Virus record (IMG/VR): IMGVR_UViG_3300020048_000002 | Strand: one strand, 5' to 3' | DNA length: 64,000 bases | Source of the DNA: a virus | Taxonomy: Duplodnaviria; Caudoviricetes | Part shown: piece by piece, positions 61,140 through 64,000 of the stretch | Position numbering within the stretch: the stretch's first letter is position 1 | Layout of the letters: the number at the start of each line of letters is the position of its first letter | Program-made: the position numbers and the translations under genes | Notes under the pieces: generated by a model | The model's input: only the letters and a program-made list of their open reading frames with translations | Databases searched by the model: none | Told to the model about the DNA's origin: nothing

Positions 61140-61204
61140 AGGCGTACTAGGGGAAATCGAAAAGTAGATTTTTTGTTGACCTCACTCCTGGCTTCGGGTA
61201 CTAG

Positions 61205-61372
61205 GAAGGGGAGACGGCAAGAGGAGAGTGGCCCGTAGCAGGGCCGGGGATCCATGGGCACCTCGACGGGGGTACCCCCTCGGTAGCCTCAAAGGTGTGG
61301 CTCCTCGGGACTGATCACCCCCCGTCTCCTTCGCCCTCGGCGGCTTATGGGCCTCCGGGGGCGCAGTCTTTT
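61205..61372 (+). ncRNA. putative structured ncRNA 1
   Basis: 5' GAAGGGGAGACGG pairs with CCGTCTCCTTC; inner GAGGAG/CTCCTC and GGCCC/GGGCC stems; upstream TTGACC...GTACTA; downstream hairpin plus T tract. Confidence 0.5.
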
Positions 61373-61377
61373 GTGGG

Positions 61378-62049
61378 TTACATCAACCCCGACTGCTGGC
61401 GGACGGCTTCGCCCCAAGGTGGGGGGGCGTGGGGCTCAAAGGTCGTGTCCGTGAGATCTGCGAAGTCCGGGTAGTCGCTGGTTCGAGTGACGAGAGCGAC
61501 CTCGTAGAGCCATCGCCGGGTGCGGTTCATCATCCGATGACCCAAGTGCGAGACGATCCATCCGTACTCGAACCCAGGCTCAACCCCCGGATTCAACCGA
61601 ACCCAAGTGCCCACGGGGAGCTGAGGCTTCTCTTGCTCGGCTGGCGGTAGCTCCTGCTCTACCCAAGTCGAGATGAGAGCGGGGACGTGCGTAAACCCGC
61701 GTTCCTTCGAGACGTTGATCCGATGGATCCCGTCCTCCACCTCTAGTCGGCCTCTGACTTTGGTTAGCCGAACAGGAGGGAGAGGGTGACCTTGGTCAAA
61801 CGCCTCTTGGAGCTTGTCGGCTCGACCCGGATTCCAGACCGAGGGGATTTGAATCGCCCGCAAAGGGACCACCTCGAACGTCATGTCGTAGTAGCCGCCG
61901 TGGGCAGCCACAGACTCAGCACGGATGTCCGGATCGTTCGTGCGGGCTAGCTGCTTTCGGACAAAGCTCTGATCGACGGGGTAGTGATTCCGCGAAGCCA
62001 CTCGGTTCGGCCTCACGGGCGTTCGCCGGTCGTAGCTGTAGCGATCCAT
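61378..62049 (-). CDS. ParB/Srx-like domain protein with YSYDRR and RVASR tags
   Basis: LPPVRL...VEDGIHRINVS...THVPA. Confidence 0.72.
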   Translation of the reverse strand: MDRYSYDRRTPVRPNRVASRNHYPVDQSFVRKQLARTNDPDIRAESVAAHGGYYDMTFEVVPLRAIQIPSVWNPGRADKLQEAFDQGHPLPPVRLTKVRGRLEVEDGIHRINVSKERGFTHVPALISTWVEQELPPAEQEKPQLPVGTWVRLNPGVEPGFEYGWIVSHLGHRMMNRTRRWLYEVALVTRTSDYPDFADLTDTTFEPHAPPPWGEAVRQQSGLM

Positions 62050-62113
62050 GCCTAGTGAACCCGAAAGGTAGATTTTTGTTGCCCCTTGGCTCACCGTTTT
62101 GTAGGGTCGGATC

Positions 62114-62448
62114 AAACGGGACAAGCCCCGCCCGCAAGGTGGTAAGCGCCGGACCTCCTCGATGGAGGTTGTGCGGTAGAATGGTACACCCGCCGTCCCA
62201 CCGTCAGGGGTGGGCGAGGCCGAGCCTGAACTCTTCGGCTAGTACCCTCTGGTTCCCTCGCCGGATTAGCGTGCCTAGACGCAGGCGAGGGGGCGACCCC
62301 ATGAGGCCCTCGACATCGAGACGAGGGCCACTAAGCCGTCACCTTCGGTTCTCCCGGTCGGGCCGTAGGGACGTAATATCGAACCGGGTCCAGGCCCGAC
62401 TCCCCCCTGCCTTCGTGCAGGACCAAGGAAGTCGGGCCGACGCTTTTT
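62114..62448 (+). ncRNA. putative structured ncRNA 2 (about 330 nt)
   Basis: TTGCCC-17-TAGGGT promoter, at least 7 hairpins, a closing stem, and a terminal hairpin plus TTTTT. Confidence 0.55.
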
Positions 62449-64000
62449 AAGCCTGATTTGAACCCATGCGCCCGTAGCTATAACGGACAGATTCCACGGG
62501 GCTTGGACGACGGATTTGGGAAGCAACTCGAACGTCACCCGGCATCATCGTGTCCAGCCACCAACGAACCCTCTCGTGAAGCGCCTTGGGTCCGTAGGCG
62601 ACAAGCAACCCCAGAGCCTCACAGAAGGCTTCTTCGGAGTTCTTTGCGGCGTACCCCGTGATGGGCGTTTTGGGGACACGAATCGTCCGAACTCCCTTGT
62701 CGTAAAGGGCTTGGAAGTCCTCTTTCGTCTGCTTGTCCTTGTACTGGGAATCCTGAGTCAGTGTCTCGACTTGGAGGCCCATGATGGGGTCGTCCATGTG
62801 CTTCGACATCTCGAACGCCCATTCATTTCCGGGCCACTTTGCAAGCAGCTCGGCTAAGTCGAGATCTCCGAAGTCCCCTCGGATCGTGTCTGACCAGAAG
62901 GACTGAGCTTCCCCACTTAGAGACGTCCGGTAGAGGTGGTGCCCCATCTCATGAGCAAGGACATGGGCAACCCACTTGAAACCCTTCCCCATTACAGAGG
63001 AAGCCCAGAACTTGACAAGGCCCTCAGCGTACTCGCCGCCCTTGTCTAGCGCCCCCTCAAAGTCCACGATGATCGGCACCTGCTTTTTCAGCAGGATGGG
63101 GGCAACCTGAGAGGCTCGTTGACGGTAGAGCTTGAGCCCCGCCTTCAGCATCTCCAATGCTTCGGCGCTTTCGTACCCCGTGTCGTAGCCGAGCAAGATA
63201 ACCTTGAAGCCCTCTAGCTCCGTCTGATACCGCTCAGGGACTCGCACCAAGGGACCCGGAGCGGACTCACTCTTGTACTTCTGGTACCATTCGATGACGT
63301 CCTTCATCGCTGTCCAGAAGTCACGCGCCTTTCGTTGGACCCGAGCCTTCCACTTGGGGGCTTCCTTTTGGTAGTCCTGTAGGATTCTGGCTTCCGAGCG
63401 GTACTCGTCAGGGTACCCTGCGGGCACACTCAACTCGATGTTGAAACTCCAAGCCGGGCTTCGGAGCTTACTGTTGATCCACTTCGCCGAGTCGGCGCTA
63501 AGATCCCGGTTGTTCTTCAGCTCCTTGTTCAGGAACCGGTCGAACATCAAGTAATCGAAGTTCTTTCGGTAGGTGGCGAACCCTCGCCGAAACTTGTCGA
63601 GATCGTCGTACGTGCGAACTCGGTCGACGTTCTTGAGGAGCGTCAGAAAGTCTTTCCGCAAGCCCTCGACCCAGTCTAGGTCCAGGACCTTCGTCTCCGC
63701 CGTCCGATCGGAAGCCGTCCGCACCCCGGGGAGCACCTTCTGGAACATGTACCGGACGACCTCGGGGGTACGTCCAGGGCCATCGACGACGTAGAACGAA
63801 AAGACCTCGGCAAACAACTCCTCAGCGTTCTTCGTGCTGTAGGCGCTTACCGGGTGCAGGAACACCTTGAGCGAAGCCCTGTTCTCGATCAACGTGTCCA
63901 AGCCGGGCTTCGAGCCCTTCTTTGGTGCCCCTGTTATCTTGTCGAAGTTCTCTAAGTCGGGGAGCTTGGAGGCGATGATCTCCAGCCACATGAGCTTGTC
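62447..64000 (-). CDS. zincin metallopeptidase-domain protein (partial, starts beyond the right edge)
   Basis: LAHEMGHH...TGYAAKNSEEAFCEA, plus a second SAYSTKNAEELFAEVF; frame is open to the window end. Confidence 0.7.
   Translation of the reverse strand, partial: DKLMWLEIIASKLPDLENFDKITGAPKKGSKPGLDTLIENRASLKVFLHPVSAYSTKNAEELFAEVFSFYVVDGPGRTPEVVRYMFQKVLPGVRTASDRTAETKVLDLDWVEGLRKDFLTLLKNVDRVRTYDDLDKFRRGFATYRKNFDYLMFDRFLNKELKNNRDLSADSAKWINSKLRSPAWSFNIELSVPAGYPDEYRSEARILQDYQKEAPKWKARVQRKARDFWTAMKDVIEWYQKYKSESAPGPLVRVPERYQTELEGFKVILLGYDTGYESAEALEMLKAGLKLYRQRASQVAPILLKKQVPIIVDFEGALDKGGEYAEGLVKFWASSVMGKGFKWVAHVLAHEMGHHLYRTSLSGEAQSFWSDTIRGDFGDLDLAELLAKWPGNEWAFEMSKHMDDPIMGLQVETLTQDSQYKDKQTKEDFQALYDKGVRTIRVPKTPITGYAAKNSEEAFCEALGLLVAYGPKALHERVRWWLDTMMPGDVRVASQIRRPSPVESVRYSYGRMGSNQA

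Noticed and set aside
62114-62448. tmRNA or RNase P RNA
   Set aside because: No tRNA-like ends or T-loop, and no properly placed GAGGAAAGUCC/P4 signature.

Overview
This window looks like 64 kb of a GC-rich jumbo myophage genome in standard genetic code, with no rRNA or CRISPR seen. The left part (1-24.6 kb) is replication, nucleotide and accessory genes: NAD-dependent ligase, class II RNR with a LAGLIDADG intein, Pol III delta/delta' clamp-loader subunits, dCTP deaminase, J-domain, GroEL, ClpP, metallophosphoesterase, MT-A70 methylase, tRNA-Gln, two sigma-like factors and a FixL-like PAS membrane protein. The right part (26-64 kb) is a minus-strand virion module: 1423-aa tail sheath, actin-like ATPase, neck, fibre and Ig-like proteins, interspersed with free-standing homing endonucleases. 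The highlights are: (1) a probable virion gene broken by an endonuclease into two ORFs carrying an atypically split intein (32-aa IntN, 128-aa IntC); (2) recurring short peptide tags (RVAxR[FY], YSYDRR, [KR]-[TSV]-A) on unrelated proteins that share a late-promoter-like motif, suggesting a capsid-cargo tagging and processing system; (3) two highly structured putative ncRNAs with their own promoters and terminators; (4) three distinct promoter-like motif classes, two of them placed to give leaderless mRNAs; (5) a promoter-overlapping hairpin that sequesters an endonuclease RBS. All family calls come from motif recognition by eye; no searches were run.
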